Shown piece by piece: positions 31,164-41,024 of a stretch of 64,000 bases of DNA; position 1 is the stretch's first letter; each line of letters begins with the position of its first letter. A program made the translations under genes and the position numbers. The notes under the pieces are model-generated. The model did not search any database and was not told the DNA's origin. It saw nothing but the letters and a program-made list of their open reading frames with translations. Origin of the DNA: Alphaproteobacteria bacterium UBA830 (GTDB lineage Bacteria; Pseudomonadota; Alphaproteobacteria; MPNO01; UBA830); assembly GCA_905181725.1 (NCBI GenBank), contig CAJIYX010000020.1, positions 4,513-68,512 of the forward strand, written 5' to 3'.

Positions 31164-31350
31164 GCTTGCGATTTCCCGGTCGACGTCCTATGTACTCAAG
31201 TGTACGGGTTCGTTTGCGAAGGTTGAAACAAGGGTTGGAGTAGCCTGCGCTGCGCGATACCGAACAATGTGGTAACGATAACGACATAACCAACGTATTA
31301 TAGATGACGTAACGTCCAACGTATGCCCCTGCGTCCATCCGCCCCGCCCT

Positions 31351-31392
31351 GGATGGCCCGACTTGGGATGGCCCGACCTGATTGGGCCCGAC
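31351..31392. repeat. three copies of GGCCCGAC at 15-bp spacing (31355, 31370, 31385) upstream of the Tim44-like gene
   Basis: Read directly: GGATGGCCCGAC-tt-GGGATGGCCCGAC-ctgatt-GGGCCCGAC. Lies about 60 bp upstream of the ATG at 31451. Confidence 0.6.
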
Positions 31393-31450
31393 CGGGATCG
31401 AAAGCGTCGGACAATAATGGAGCGCCCCGGGACGGGCGCCGGAAAGCAAA

Positions 31451-32164
31451 ATGATGGGTGACGGGTTTCAGTTTCTCGATATTGTCCTGTTCGCGATGGT
31501 CGCGGCCTTTCTCGTGCTGCGTTTGCGCAGCGTATTGGGCAAAAAAACCGGTCACCAGGAACCACGGCAGGATCCCATTTCCCGGCGTCAGCAAGACGCC
31601 GATAAGGACGGTAACGTCGTCGAACTGTCAAATAACCGGAATAACGATGGCCCCGACGGTGCGGCAGACGAGTTGGAGACCGACCCGGCGGCCGGCCTGG
31701 ACCCCAATGACCCCCTATCCGCAGGCATCACCCAGATCCGCATTGCTGATAACAGCTTCCACCCGACGGAATTCGCCAATGGCGCACACGGTGCATTTGA
31801 GATGATTGTTCAGGCCTTTGCCGACGGCGATACCACCACGCTCGACAATCTGCTCGCCGAAGACGTGTTCGAAAACTTCAACGACGCAATCGAGACCCGC
31901 AAGACAGCCGACGAAAGACTTGAGACGACGATTATCGGCATCAAGTCCGCCGACGTCATCGAGGCTGAGATGGACGGCCGCAACGCGATGGTTACCGTCA
32001 AATTTGTCTCGGAACAGGTCAACGTGACGCACGATTCCGAGAACCGCGTGGTTGACGGCGATCCGAACCAGGTAACGGAAATCACCGATATCTGGACATT
32101 CTCGCGCGACACCAAAACGAACGACCCGAACTGGAAGCTGGTTGAGACCCGCAGCCAGAACTAG
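31451..32164 (+). CDS. Tim44-like domain protein
   Basis: 237 aa with an N-terminal TM helix and a C-terminal Tim44-like domain. Conserved alphaproteobacterial position next to mltA. Confidence 0.8.
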   Translation: MMGDGFQFLDIVLFAMVAAFLVLRLRSVLGKKTGHQEPRQDPISRRQQDADKDGNVVELSNNRNNDGPDGAADELETDPAAGLDPNDPLSAGITQIRIADNSFHPTEFANGAHGAFEMIVQAFADGDTTTLDNLLAEDVFENFNDAIETRKTADERLETTIIGIKSADVIEAEMDGRNAMVTVKFVSEQVNVTHDSENRVVDGDPNQVTEITDIWTFSRDTKTNDPNWKLVETRSQN

Positions 32165-32237
32165 GTCCGCCTGTTCCCTGCCCGTCCCGCGCGCTACCCG
32201 CTAGCAATCGCGTCGTATCGGATAACGGCCAATCTTC

Positions 32238-33455
32238 ATGACCCAATACCCCGCACCGCCGAAGACCAGAACCAGAATTTCAGCGCGTGTGCTGATGCTG
32301 GCTTTGGGCCTCGTTCTCGTCCTGGCAGCCTGTACGCAGGCACCACCGAAAAAATCCGCCGATACGCCGTCGTTCCGTGACGTTCCGTTCTCGGCGCTGC
32401 CGGGATGGGCATCCGATCGGCATGCTGCGGCAATCCCGGCACTGCTCCGGTCCTGCCCGCCAATGGAAAAACGCGGCGTCAAAGGATTCAGGGGGGTATC
32501 CGGAGAAAGCTTCGGCAGCGCCGCAATCTGGCAGAGCATCTGTGCTGGGGCCCGCGCGCTGCCCGCCGGGGACGATAGCGCCGCCCGCCGCTTTTTCGAA
32601 GACCGCTTCACGCCCGCGGAAGTATCGGGCAGGGACGGCACTGACGGGCTCATAACCGGGTATTTCGAACCTGAGCTGCGAGGCACCCGGAAACGTCAGG
32701 GCGCCTTCAACGTACCCCTGCATGTGCGCCCACCGGATCTGGTGGCCGTCGATCTCGGCCGGTTCAGCAACGAGCTTAAAGGCAAACGAGTTGTGGGCCG
32801 CGTGATCAAAGGCCGCCTAGTTCCCTATCACAACCGCAGCCAGATCGAGCGCGGCGCGCTGCGCGGCAAAAAGCTTGAACTGGTTTGGGTCGATGACGCC
32901 GCGGATGCCTTCTTTCTGCATATTCAGGGGTCGGGGCGAATTCGGCTGCGCGACGGCTCTGTCCTGCGCGTCGGCTATGCCGGCACCAACGGCCAGCCCT
33001 ATACCGCCATCGGCCGCGCGCTGATTGCGCGGGACGAGATTCCGCGCGAACGCATGTCGATGCAGGCAATCCGAAAATGGATGGGCGCGAACCCGGCCGA
33101 TGGCGCAAAGCTTATGCGGACGAACAAATCCTATATATTCTTCCGCGAACTGACAGGCGCCGGACCAATCGGTGCGCAGGGCGTCGCGCTGACGCCCGAA
33201 CGCAGCATCGCCATCGACCGGGGAATATTGCCACTTGGCCTGCCGGTCTGGATGGACACCGTGCTGCCGGATGCGGCAGCGACCCCCTATCGCCGACTGA
33301 TGGTCGCGCAGGATACCGGCGGCGCAATCAAGGGTGCTGTGCGAGCAGACGTATTCTGGGGGCCGGGAACACGGGCAGCAAAGATGGCCGGCAGCATGAA
33401 ATCGCCCGGGCGGGTCTGGTTTCTACAACCGCGCAATGCGGCGCCCGGCAGCTAA
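32238..33455 (+). CDS. mltA: membrane-bound lytic murein transglycosylase A
   Basis: 405 aa. Lipobox LVLAAC. MltA and 3D domains (GYFEPEL..., AQDTGGAIKG). Confidence 0.85.
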   Translation: MTQYPAPPKTRTRISARVLMLALGLVLVLAACTQAPPKKSADTPSFRDVPFSALPGWASDRHAAAIPALLRSCPPMEKRGVKGFRGVSGESFGSAAIWQSICAGARALPAGDDSAARRFFEDRFTPAEVSGRDGTDGLITGYFEPELRGTRKRQGAFNVPLHVRPPDLVAVDLGRFSNELKGKRVVGRVIKGRLVPYHNRSQIERGALRGKKLELVWVDDAADAFFLHIQGSGRIRLRDGSVLRVGYAGTNGQPYTAIGRALIARDEIPRERMSMQAIRKWMGANPADGAKLMRTNKSYIFFRELTGAGPIGAQGVALTPERSIAIDRGILPLGLPVWMDTVLPDAAATPYRRLMVAQDTGGAIKGAVRADVFWGPGTRAAKMAGSMKSPGRVWFLQPRNAAPGS

Positions 33456-33464
33456 GAACCACTG

Positions 33465-34430
33465 ATGAACGTCTTCGCCGCTGCGCTGGTGCCGCTGTTC
33501 CTGTCGGCGATTTTCACCGCCACCGCGATGGCGGACGAAATAAGCATCCGCACGTTTCCGGTCATCCTGTCACATGAAGAACACGATCGGCGTTAGGTTG
33601 GGACGCTGCGGTTCCGCGGCGGGCTGGACCTTCACTCCAAAGACGGTCGTTTCGGCGGGCTGTCAGGGCTGGACATATCACCGGACGGCCGCCGCCTGAT
33701 CGCTATCACGGACCTCGGAACATGGTTCACGGGACGCCTGACCTACGATAGCGCCGGACAGCTTAGCGGCATATCCAACACGCACATGCAGCCGGTTATC
33801 AGCACCGACGGCAACCCGCTCACCGGCCGGGCATCGACGGATCCAGAATCGATTGCCCGGTTGATTGACGTCTCACTGATCATCGGCTTCGAGCAACGCC
33901 ATCGGCTAAGTCGTTTCACTGCGCCCGGCGCACCGGCAAAACCTATCGGCTCACCGCAAGCGCTCGGCACCTCACCCCGGAATGGCGGGGCCGAGGCTGT
34001 CACCCGACTGTGGGGGAACGAGCTGTTGGTCCTGTCCGAACGGCTGGAGGCAGGCCCCGGCATCGCCGCCGGCTGGGTCGGCACCAATCGGACATGGGGC
34101 GCGGTGGGTCTGCGAAAGACCGGTCTTTTCCACCCGGTCGGCGCCGCAACCCGTGGTGACGGCACCGTCTTCCTGCTCGAGCGCCGCTTTACGGCCATCG
34201 GCGGGATCGCCGCCCGTATCAGCAGGGTTCCCCCGGGGACAATCGCGCCGGGTGGAGTTTTTGAAGGGTCAGAATTGGGGGAGCTATCGGCACCGCTGGT
34301 GGCCAATAACTTCGAAGAGATTGCGGTGCGCCGTGGCGCACCGGGCGAAACCCTGATCTACATCATCTCCGACGATAATTTTCACAGCCTCCAGCGCACG
34401 CTTCTGCTGATGTTCTCTCTTGCGGAGTAG
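33465..34430 (+). pseudogene. 'esterase-like activity of phytase' family secreted protein interrupted by an in-frame TAG (33594..33596)
   Basis: The ATG at 33465 gives the signal peptide MNVFAAALVPLFLSAIFTATAMA. A TAG sits at codon 44. The same frame continues into ORF 33786..34430 (GRFGGLSGLDISPDG ... ISDDNFHSLQRTLLLMF). Confidence 0.65.
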
Positions 34431-34477
34431 AATGGGTCCGGCCATTTTGGGCGGATGACCTTGTTCAACGCAAAATC

Positions 34478-35287
34478 ATGACCGCCGCCGCCCCGCCCGT
34501 CACCCCGCCCGTGACCCCACGGGTAGGCCTGTTCGCTACCTGCCTGGTCGATCTATATCGGCCGTCAGTCGGCTTTGCAGCTGCCAGTCTGCTGGAGCAG
34601 GCAGGTTGCGAGGTGTTCGTCCCGCGCGCGCAGGTCTGTTGCGGCCAGCCCGCCTATAACGCCGGCGATCGCGCAAATGCCGCGGCCATTGCACGCCAGA
34701 CCATCAATCTGTTCGAGGGGTTCGATTACATCGTCGCGCCCTCGGGGTCCTGTGCAGGCATGCTGCGCCGTCATTACCCGGACCTGCTTTCCGATGACCC
34801 CCAATATGCCACCCGGGCCCAATCGGTCGCCGATAAAACCTGGGAACTGATCGTTTTCCTGACCGATGTCCGGGGCTGGACGGATATCGACGCAAGCTGG
34901 CCCGCCAGCGTCACCTATCACGATGCCTGTTCGGGGCTGCGGGAGCTCGGCGTCAAGAATCAGCCCCGCCAGCTTCTGGAAAAAGTAGAAGGTCTGGAGC
35001 TGCGCGAGCTGGAGGCCGCTGACGTCTGTTGCGGGTTTGGCGGCACGTTCTGCATCAAGTATCCTGAGGTCTCCGGCGCGATGGTTGACAACAAGGTCGA
35101 TGAAATCGTCGCGACGGGTGCCGCCACCGTACTGTCCGGCGACCTCGGCTGTCTGATGAATATCGCGGGCCGGTTATCGCGGCGGGGAGAGGCTGTCGAG
35201 GCGCGGCATATGGCCGAGATCCTTGCAGGTCCCGCCATTGGTCCCGCGATCGGCCGTACTGCGGATAGCGACGGCGGGAAGGCCTGA
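34478..35287 (+). CDS. lutA: lactate utilisation protein A ((Fe-S)-binding, CCG-domain oxidoreductase)
   Basis: 269 aa with two cysteine-rich CCG-type motifs (VCCGQPAYNAG, VCCGFGGTF). Confidence 0.8.
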   Translation: MTAAAPPVTPPVTPRVGLFATCLVDLYRPSVGFAAASLLEQAGCEVFVPRAQVCCGQPAYNAGDRANAAAIARQTINLFEGFDYIVAPSGSCAGMLRRHYPDLLSDDPQYATRAQSVADKTWELIVFLTDVRGWTDIDASWPASVTYHDACSGLRELGVKNQPRQLLEKVEGLELRELEAADVCCGFGGTFCIKYPEVSGAMVDNKVDEIVATGAATVLSGDLGCLMNIAGRLSRRGEAVEARHMAEILAGPAIGPAIGRTADSDGGKA

Positions 35288-35289
35288 CC

Positions 35290-36747
35290 GTGGCGCACCA
35301 GATCAGTCTCGATTTTTCAAAAAATGCCGCACGGGCGCAGGCAGATACCGATCTGCAGTCGGCGTTGGCGAAACTGCAACGCGATACGCGTCTCGCCCGT
35401 TCGATTATCACCGGGCGGCTGCCCGAATTTGAAGATTTGCGGGACCGCGCTGTCGCGATCAAGGACCACACGCTGGCCAATCTCGATCACTATCTTGAAA
35501 CCTTCGAAGCCAACGTCACCGACGCGGGCGGACACGTGCACTGGTGCAATGATGCCGGTGGCGCACGCGAGACGATCCTGCAGATCTGCCGCGACAGCGA
35601 CGCGAAAATCGTCGGCAAGGGCAAGTCGATGGTGTCGGAAGAGATCGCGCTGAACGATTACCTGATCGCGCACGGGCTGGAGGTCGTGGAGACCGATCTC
35701 GGCGAATATATTCTGCAGCTGCGCGGAGAAACACCGAGCCATGTTGTGATGCCGGCGATCCATCTGAAAAAAGAACAGATCGCCGAGACGTTCCGCGACC
35801 ATCATACAACGCTCGACCCCGACCGGCCGCTGGACGTGCCGAGAGACATGACCGAGGAAGCGCGCGCCAAACTCCGCGAAAAATTTCTTGCCGCCGATGT
35901 CGGTATTACCGGCGCCAACATGCTGATCGCCGAAACCGGTTCCATCGTGGTTGTCACCAACGAGGGCAATGGTGATCTGACACAGACGCTTCCGCGGGTG
36001 CACATCGTTATCGCGGCAATCGAGAAAGTGGTGCCGAGGGTCGAGGACGCGTTGTCGATCCTGCGTATTCTCGCACGGTCGGCAACCGGCCAAGAGATCA
36101 CCTGTTATACCACCTTCGCAACCGGCCCGAAACGCCCGGACGATCTGGACGGGCCGGAGGAGTTTCATCTCATCCTGCTCGATAACGGGCGCACGAAGCT
36201 GCTCGAAGGCGCGTTCCGCGACGTGCTGCGCTGTATTCGCTGTGGCGCCTGCCAATCGGCCTGCCCGGTCTATGGCGCAGTCGGCGGGCACGCCTATGGC
36301 GGGGTCTATGGCGGACCCATCGGTGCCGTGCTGACACCGGCGCTAGACGGCATCGACAAGGCCTGGCCGTTGCCGGAAGCGTCGTCATTCTGCGGCAATT
36401 GCGAGGCTGTGTGCCCAATGCGTATTCCGCTGCCCGGCCTGATGCGACGATGGCGCGATATCGCCCATAACGAAAAACTGAACAAGGCCGGTGCGCGCCG
36501 CGGGCTGGCACTGTGGGCGTGGGCGGCGCGACGCCCCGCGCTCTACCGGCTCGGCGCCCGCATTGCATTGCGCCTGCTCAAGACATTTGGCGGGCGGCGC
36601 GGTTATCTGCGCCGCGTGCCGCTGGCTGGCGGCTGGACCACCGCGCGCGACCTGCCGGCGCCCGAAGGCGGGACGTTTATCGATCTCTGGCAAAAAGAAA
36701 ATCTGGGAAAGACCCAGGGTAATACCACGGGAAAGACGGGATCATGA
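35290..36747 (+). CDS. lutB: lactate utilisation protein B (4Fe-4S ferredoxin-type)
   Basis: 485 aa. LUD domain plus CIRCGACQSACPVY and CGNCEAVCP clusters. GTG start 3 nt after the lutA stop. Confidence 0.85.
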   Translation: MAHQISLDFSKNAARAQADTDLQSALAKLQRDTRLARSIITGRLPEFEDLRDRAVAIKDHTLANLDHYLETFEANVTDAGGHVHWCNDAGGARETILQICRDSDAKIVGKGKSMVSEEIALNDYLIAHGLEVVETDLGEYILQLRGETPSHVVMPAIHLKKEQIAETFRDHHTTLDPDRPLDVPRDMTEEARAKLREKFLAADVGITGANMLIAETGSIVVVTNEGNGDLTQTLPRVHIVIAAIEKVVPRVEDALSILRILARSATGQEITCYTTFATGPKRPDDLDGPEEFHLILLDNGRTKLLEGAFRDVLRCIRCGACQSACPVYGAVGGHAYGGVYGGPIGAVLTPALDGIDKAWPLPEASSFCGNCEAVCPMRIPLPGLMRRWRDIAHNEKLNKAGARRGLALWAWAARRPALYRLGARIALRLLKTFGGRRGYLRRVPLAGGWTTARDLPAPEGGTFIDLWQKENLGKTQGNTTGKTGS

Positions 36748-37436
36748 CCGCGCGGGACGACATCCTCGGGCGCATCCGCACGGCCCTTAACCGGCCCGAA
36801 GGCGCAGGGCCGCCACCGGCGCCCGAATATGCCAACCAGTCCCTGATACCCGCCCGCGCACAGGGAACACCGGCAGAGCTGACCGAGCGCTTTATCGCGA
36901 TGGCGACCGAAGTAGATATTTCAATCGACCGGGTTGCGGGAGCTGGCGGGGTCGGCACCGCCATCGCCGCTTGGCTGAGCGCCGAGGGTCTGCCCGACCG
37001 TGCGGTCGTTTCTCCCCACCCGGTAATGGACGCGTATGGCCTAGATGATGCGCCCGGGCTGACGACCCACCGGGACACAACACGGGGCGACGACCTCGTC
37101 TCCATCACACCGACAATCGCCGGAATCGCCGAGACTGGCTCGATCATGGTCACGACCGGACCGGGCACGCCCTATACCCTTAATTTTCTGCCCGAAACCC
37201 ATATCGCCATCGTCCATGTCGACCACATCGTGGGTGGATACGAAGACGCCTGGGCCCGGGTCCGGAGCAACGGAGAAATCGGTACCGCCCTGCCGCGTAC
37301 GGTGACGATGATCACCGGCCCGTCGCGATCCTCGGATATAGAACGCGAGGTCACGGTCGGCGTACACGGCCCAAAACGGCTACACATCGTGTTGGTTGGC
37401 GATATCGAAGGCGGGGCCGATGGCAAAAAAATCTGA
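36744..37436 (+). CDS. lutC: lactate utilisation protein C (LUD domain)
   Basis: 230 aa. 4-nt overlap with lutB. YkgG/LutC-like. Confidence 0.75.
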   Translation: MTARDDILGRIRTALNRPEGAGPPPAPEYANQSLIPARAQGTPAELTERFIAMATEVDISIDRVAGAGGVGTAIAAWLSAEGLPDRAVVSPHPVMDAYGLDDAPGLTTHRDTTRGDDLVSITPTIAGIAETGSIMVTTGPGTPYTLNFLPETHIAIVHVDHIVGGYEDAWARVRSNGEIGTALPRTVTMITGPSRSSDIEREVTVGVHGPKRLHIVLVGDIEGGADGKKI

Positions 37437-38058
37437 CCGGACCCCCGGTCATCCGACAAAGAGTTCCCCGGGCCGCCCCCCTCGCCGAACCCCCGATCGT
37501 GGCAAAAGTCGCGGTACAAGTCGTCCCACAGCAGACGAAGCAGCCCTGTTCCGGGCCGCCATGGCAGACGCCAAACCGATAGAACGGCACACACCGCCCA
37601 CCGAAGAAATTGCGCCGCCGGCCGCCCCGAAGCGTCAGCCCGCGCGGGCACGGGCACCGGCAATTACCAGCCAGCCCGTTCCACCGGCACCACGCACAAT
37701 GCCTAAACCGACACTCGAAGCCGGAAAAGCCGCGGACCTCGATCGGCGGACAATGGACAAGTTACGCAAGGGCGGGATGCGCCCCGAAGGTCGCCTGGAC
37801 CTGCACGGCATGACCGCCGACCGCGCACTCAGCGCGCTGAATTCATTTCTGGCCGACGCCCAGGGCAACGGCAAAAGATGTGTCCTAGTGATTACCGGCA
37901 AGGGCTCGATGAAAGAGGGCGGCGGAATTATCCGGCGCGAACTGCCATCTTGGCTGAACGCCCGCGGCAACCGGTCCCGCTTGCTCGGATTCGCTGGTGC
38001 ACAACCCGCCGATGGCGGGGGCGGCGCGTTCTACGTGCTGCTAAAACGGCGGCGTTGA
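37420..38058 (+). CDS. Smr/MutS2-family endonuclease domain protein
   Basis: ORF 37396..38058. C-terminal Smr domain (RLDLHGMTADRALSALNSFL...CVLVITGKG). Confidence 0.8.
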   Translation: MAKKSDRTPGHPTKSSPGRPPRRTPDRGKSRGTSRPTADEAALFRAAMADAKPIERHTPPTEEIAPPAAPKRQPARARAPAITSQPVPPAPRTMPKPTLEAGKAADLDRRTMDKLRKGGMRPEGRLDLHGMTADRALSALNSFLADAQGNGKRCVLVITGKGSMKEGGGIIRRELPSWLNARGNRSRLLGFAGAQPADGGGGAFYVLLKRRR

Positions 38059-38064
38059 GAATCC

Positions 38065-39375
38065 CTAAAGAATAAACTTCGACAGATCGGTATCCTTCGC
38101 AAGATCGGCGACGTTCTCCTGAACGTAATCCGCGTCGATCGTCAGCGTCTCGCCCGACCGGTCGGAAGCCGTGAACGAGACGTCTTCAAGCAGGCGTTCC
38201 ATGACCGTCTGGAGACGTCGTGCGCCGATATTTTCAACCGAACGATTTACCTCGGTCGCCAGACGGGCAAGCGAATCGATCGCCTCTTCAGTAAACTCCA
38301 GCTTCATGCCTTCGGTCGCCAACAACGCCGTATACTGGCGGATCAAGTTCGCTTCGGGCTCGGTCAGAATGCGGCGCATATCTGCCTCGTCGAGCGCGCT
38401 GAGTTCGACCCGGATCGGCAACCGGCCCTGCAATTCAGGCAGCAGGTCGGAGGGCTTCGACAGATGAAATGCGCCCGAGGCGATGAACAGGACATGGTCG
38501 GTTTTGATCGTGCCGTGCTTGGTCGCCACTGTCGTACCTTCGATGAGCGGCAGCAGATCGCGCTGCACCCCCTCGCGGCTCACATCGGCGCCGCCACGGC
38601 TGTCGGAGCGCACGCAGATCTTGTCGATCTCGTCGAGAAATACGATGCCGTTCTGTTCAACTGCGTCCAGCGAGATGCGGACCACGGCGTCATCATCAAG
38701 CAGCTTGTCGCTTTCCTCCGCGATCAGCAGATCATAGCTTTGCACGACGGTGAGCTTTTTGGGCTTCGTCTGGTTGCCGAAAGCCTTACCCATCATTTCG
38801 TTCAGATTGATCATGCCCATCTGGGCGCCCGGCATACCCGGGATTTCGAGCGCTGGCATGCCGCTGCCGGCATCCTGCACATCTATTTCGATTTCGCGGT
38901 CATCGAGCTCACCCTGACGCAGCATGGTCCGGAATTTCTGACGCGTATCCGCGCTCGCGCCTTCGCCGACCAGCGCATCGAGCACGCGCTCTTCGGCGGC
39001 AACTTCGGCCTTGGCGACAACCTCTTTGCGCATCCGTTCACGGGTCATATGGATCGCTATTTCGACCAGATCGCGGATGATCGATTCCACGTCGCGGCCG
39101 ACATAACCGACCTCGGTAAACTTGGTGGCTTCGACCTTCATAAACGGCGCATCCGCAAGACGGGCGAGCCTGCGGGCGATCTCGGTCTTGCCGACACCGG
39201 TCGGGCCGATCATCAGAATATTCTTGGGTAGAACTTCTTCGCGCAGATCGTCTTCCAGCTGCTGGCGGCGCCAACGGTTGCGCAGCGCAATCGCGACGGC
39301 GCGCTTGGCGTCATTCTGGCCGACGATGAAGCGGTCGAGTTCGGAAACGATTTCGCGGGGGGAAAAACTTGTCAC
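38065..39375 (-). CDS. hslU: ATP-dependent protease ATPase subunit HslU
   Basis: 436 aa with Walker [16 protein letters not shown]. Confidence 0.95.
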   Translation of the reverse strand: MTSFSPREIVSELDRFIVGQNDAKRAVAIALRNRWRRQQLEDDLREEVLPKNILMIGPTGVGKTEIARRLARLADAPFMKVEATKFTEVGYVGRDVESIIRDLVEIAIHMTRERMRKEVVAKAEVAAEERVLDALVGEGASADTRQKFRTMLRQGELDDREIEIDVQDAGSGMPALEIPGMPGAQMGMINLNEMMGKAFGNQTKPKKLTVVQSYDLLIAEESDKLLDDDAVVRISLDAVEQNGIVFLDEIDKICVRSDSRGGADVSREGVQRDLLPLIEGTTVATKHGTIKTDHVLFIASGAFHLSKPSDLLPELQGRLPIRVELSALDEADMRRILTEPEANLIRQYTALLATEGMKLEFTEEAIDSLARLATEVNRSVENIGARRLQTVMERLLEDVSFTASDRSGETLTIDADYVQENVADLAKDTDLSKFIL

Positions 39376-39378
39376 GGG

Positions 39379-39927
39379 TTACAGACTTTCAACAACGACG
39401 TTTTCATTTGTGTAGATACAGATATCGGCGGCGATTTTCATGGCTCGACGCGCGATTTCCTCAGCCTCAAGGCCGTCCTGATCAAACAGGCCGCGGGCGG
39501 CGGCAAGCGCAAACGGCCCGCCGGACCCGATGCCGATGATGCCGTCTTCGGGTTCCAGAACGTCGCCTGTGCCGGTGAGCACCAGTGAGACATCTTTGTC
39601 CGCCACCGCCATCATCGCTTCGAGACGCCTCAGATAGCGGTCGGTCCGCCAATCCTTTGCCAATTCGACGCAGGCGCGGGTGAGCTGTCCGGGATGCTGT
39701 TCGAGCTTGGCTTCAAGCCGCTCAAAAAGCGTGAAGGCATCCGCCGTCGCACCGGCGAACCCGCCGATCACACCGCCGTCGCCGAGCTGGCGCACCTTGC
39801 GCGCATTCGATTTCATCACCGTGTTGCCGAACGTCACCTGGCCGTCGCCTGCAACGACAACCTTGCCGTTTTTACGCACCGACAGAATGGTCGTGCCGTG
39901 CCATGTCGCAATATCGTTATCTGCCAT
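39379..39927 (-). CDS. hslV: ATP-dependent protease subunit HslV
   Basis: 182 aa. The N-terminal region contains the catalytic Thr motif HGTTILSVR. Confidence 0.95.
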   Translation of the reverse strand: MADNDIATWHGTTILSVRKNGKVVVAGDGQVTFGNTVMKSNARKVRQLGDGGVIGGFAGATADAFTLFERLEAKLEQHPGQLTRACVELAKDWRTDRYLRRLEAMMAVADKDVSLVLTGTGDVLEPEDGIIGIGSGGPFALAAARGLFDQDGLEAEEIARRAMKIAADICIYTNENVVVESL

Positions 39928-39983
39928 AATTCTCCGGAAAGGCGCGGCTATCCGCGCCGGATAGGAAATGATCTATGTGACCC

Positions 39984-40015
39984 TAAGATGATGGTTCCCG
40001 ACGCGTCGTCAAGGG
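39984..40015 (-). promoter_or_regulatory. candidate RpoH (sigma32)-type promoter of hslVU
   Basis: Minus strand reads CCCTTGAC-N13-CCATCATCTTA about 55-90 nt upstream of hslV. The -35 matches CCCTTGAA 7/8. The -10 only loosely matches CCCCATnT. Confidence 0.3.
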
Positions 40016-40026
40016 TCTGTATCGGG

Positions 40027-40064
40027 GGCCAGTATCGGAGGCCGGTATGGAGGCCTATCAGGCC
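40027..40064. repeat. three imperfect tandem 12-13-bp units GGCCAGTATCGGA / GGCCGGTATGGA / GGCCTATCAGGCC
   Basis: Read directly. Lies between the hslV upstream region and the 3' end of the FHA pseudogene. Confidence 0.5.
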
Positions 40065-40139
40065 CCCACCAGAATTCAAATGGCTCCCCCGAAAGCTCCC
40101 ACGAGTCTAGGCGGATTCTAGCCGGACTTCAGCAGATGT

Positions 40140-40760
40140 CTACCGGACCAGAATCCTGAACCGGAACGGCGAATCCGACCGTCCCGCGACCAGTTCGCTC
40201 TCGCCGGTCATGAGCGGTGCGCTGAGCGGAAGGCCTTCGCCACCAAGAATTTGTCCGTTCAGGGCCGTGCCGTGATAGCTGCCACAATCACGTGCCGCCA
40301 GGGCGCCGGCTTCCTCCTCTATCTAAAAATGTCGGCGCAACAGGTTGAACGGCCGGTCATCCTCTATCGCGAGATGGATATCGCCATAGGTATCCTTGCC
40401 CTCGCCGGTCGCCGCGCGCCCGATCCGGAACGGCAGCTCACGTACGTTTACCTCTTCGGCGACGAGGCGAATATCCAGATTTCCCGGCACAGGCCCGGAT
40501 TGTTCCAATGGGGGGGTTCAAATCGGGCGCTGTCAAACTTGTTGTTTTCAACCGCTTCGGCCTCGAGCGGGTCGGGTTTCGTCGATTGCAGGTCCGGCGC
40601 CGCGGCGGCTGCCGAGAGGAGACGTTTCCGGCTTAACCATATAGTCGCCCTGCTGCAGACGGACGCCGCCGGACCGGACGCGGTACACGCCGTCCGCGCG
40701 ATCGCCCATCCTGTAAACCAACTCGCCGTCGGAAAACAGCCGGTCACTCATGCCCGTCAC
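40140..40760 (-). pseudogene. FHA-domain protein gene, multiply disrupted (two frame changes plus an in-frame TAG at 40323..40325)
   Basis: Three minus-strand ORF pieces in different frames (40548..40760, 40448..40747, 40323..40508). After the TAG the same frame continues IEEEAGALAARDCGSYHGTALNGQ... The joined sequence gives an FHA pattern: FRIGRA...LLRRHF*IE...D.GS.HGT.LNG. Confidence 0.65.
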
Positions 40761-41024
40761 GCCTACCCCGTTACGATGCCAAATTGGACTACAAACACTC
40801 GAATACGTGATTCATCATGTTGTTCTATTTTTTAAGAATATCCGCGCGAGGGATCAATACCTGAAGCATTCCGTTCCCGAACACTTGAACACTGGCGCCC
40901 GTGGCGCGTAGCTGATAAAAACGCGCGATCCCGGCGCGGCACCCCAATACGCAAGGCATTCACTACGCTGCTTTGCTGCGATGCGGGGTATGCCTGCGTC
41001 CATTCAAAGATTGGGTAATCGCTC

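Noticed and set aside
40873-40890. GTTCCCGAACACTTGAAC upstream of hisB, which resembles alphaproteobacterial GAAC-N7-GAAC SOS boxes.
   Set aside because: The spacing between the GAAC units is 4 nt, not 7. hisB is not an SOS gene. This is probably a chance occurrence.
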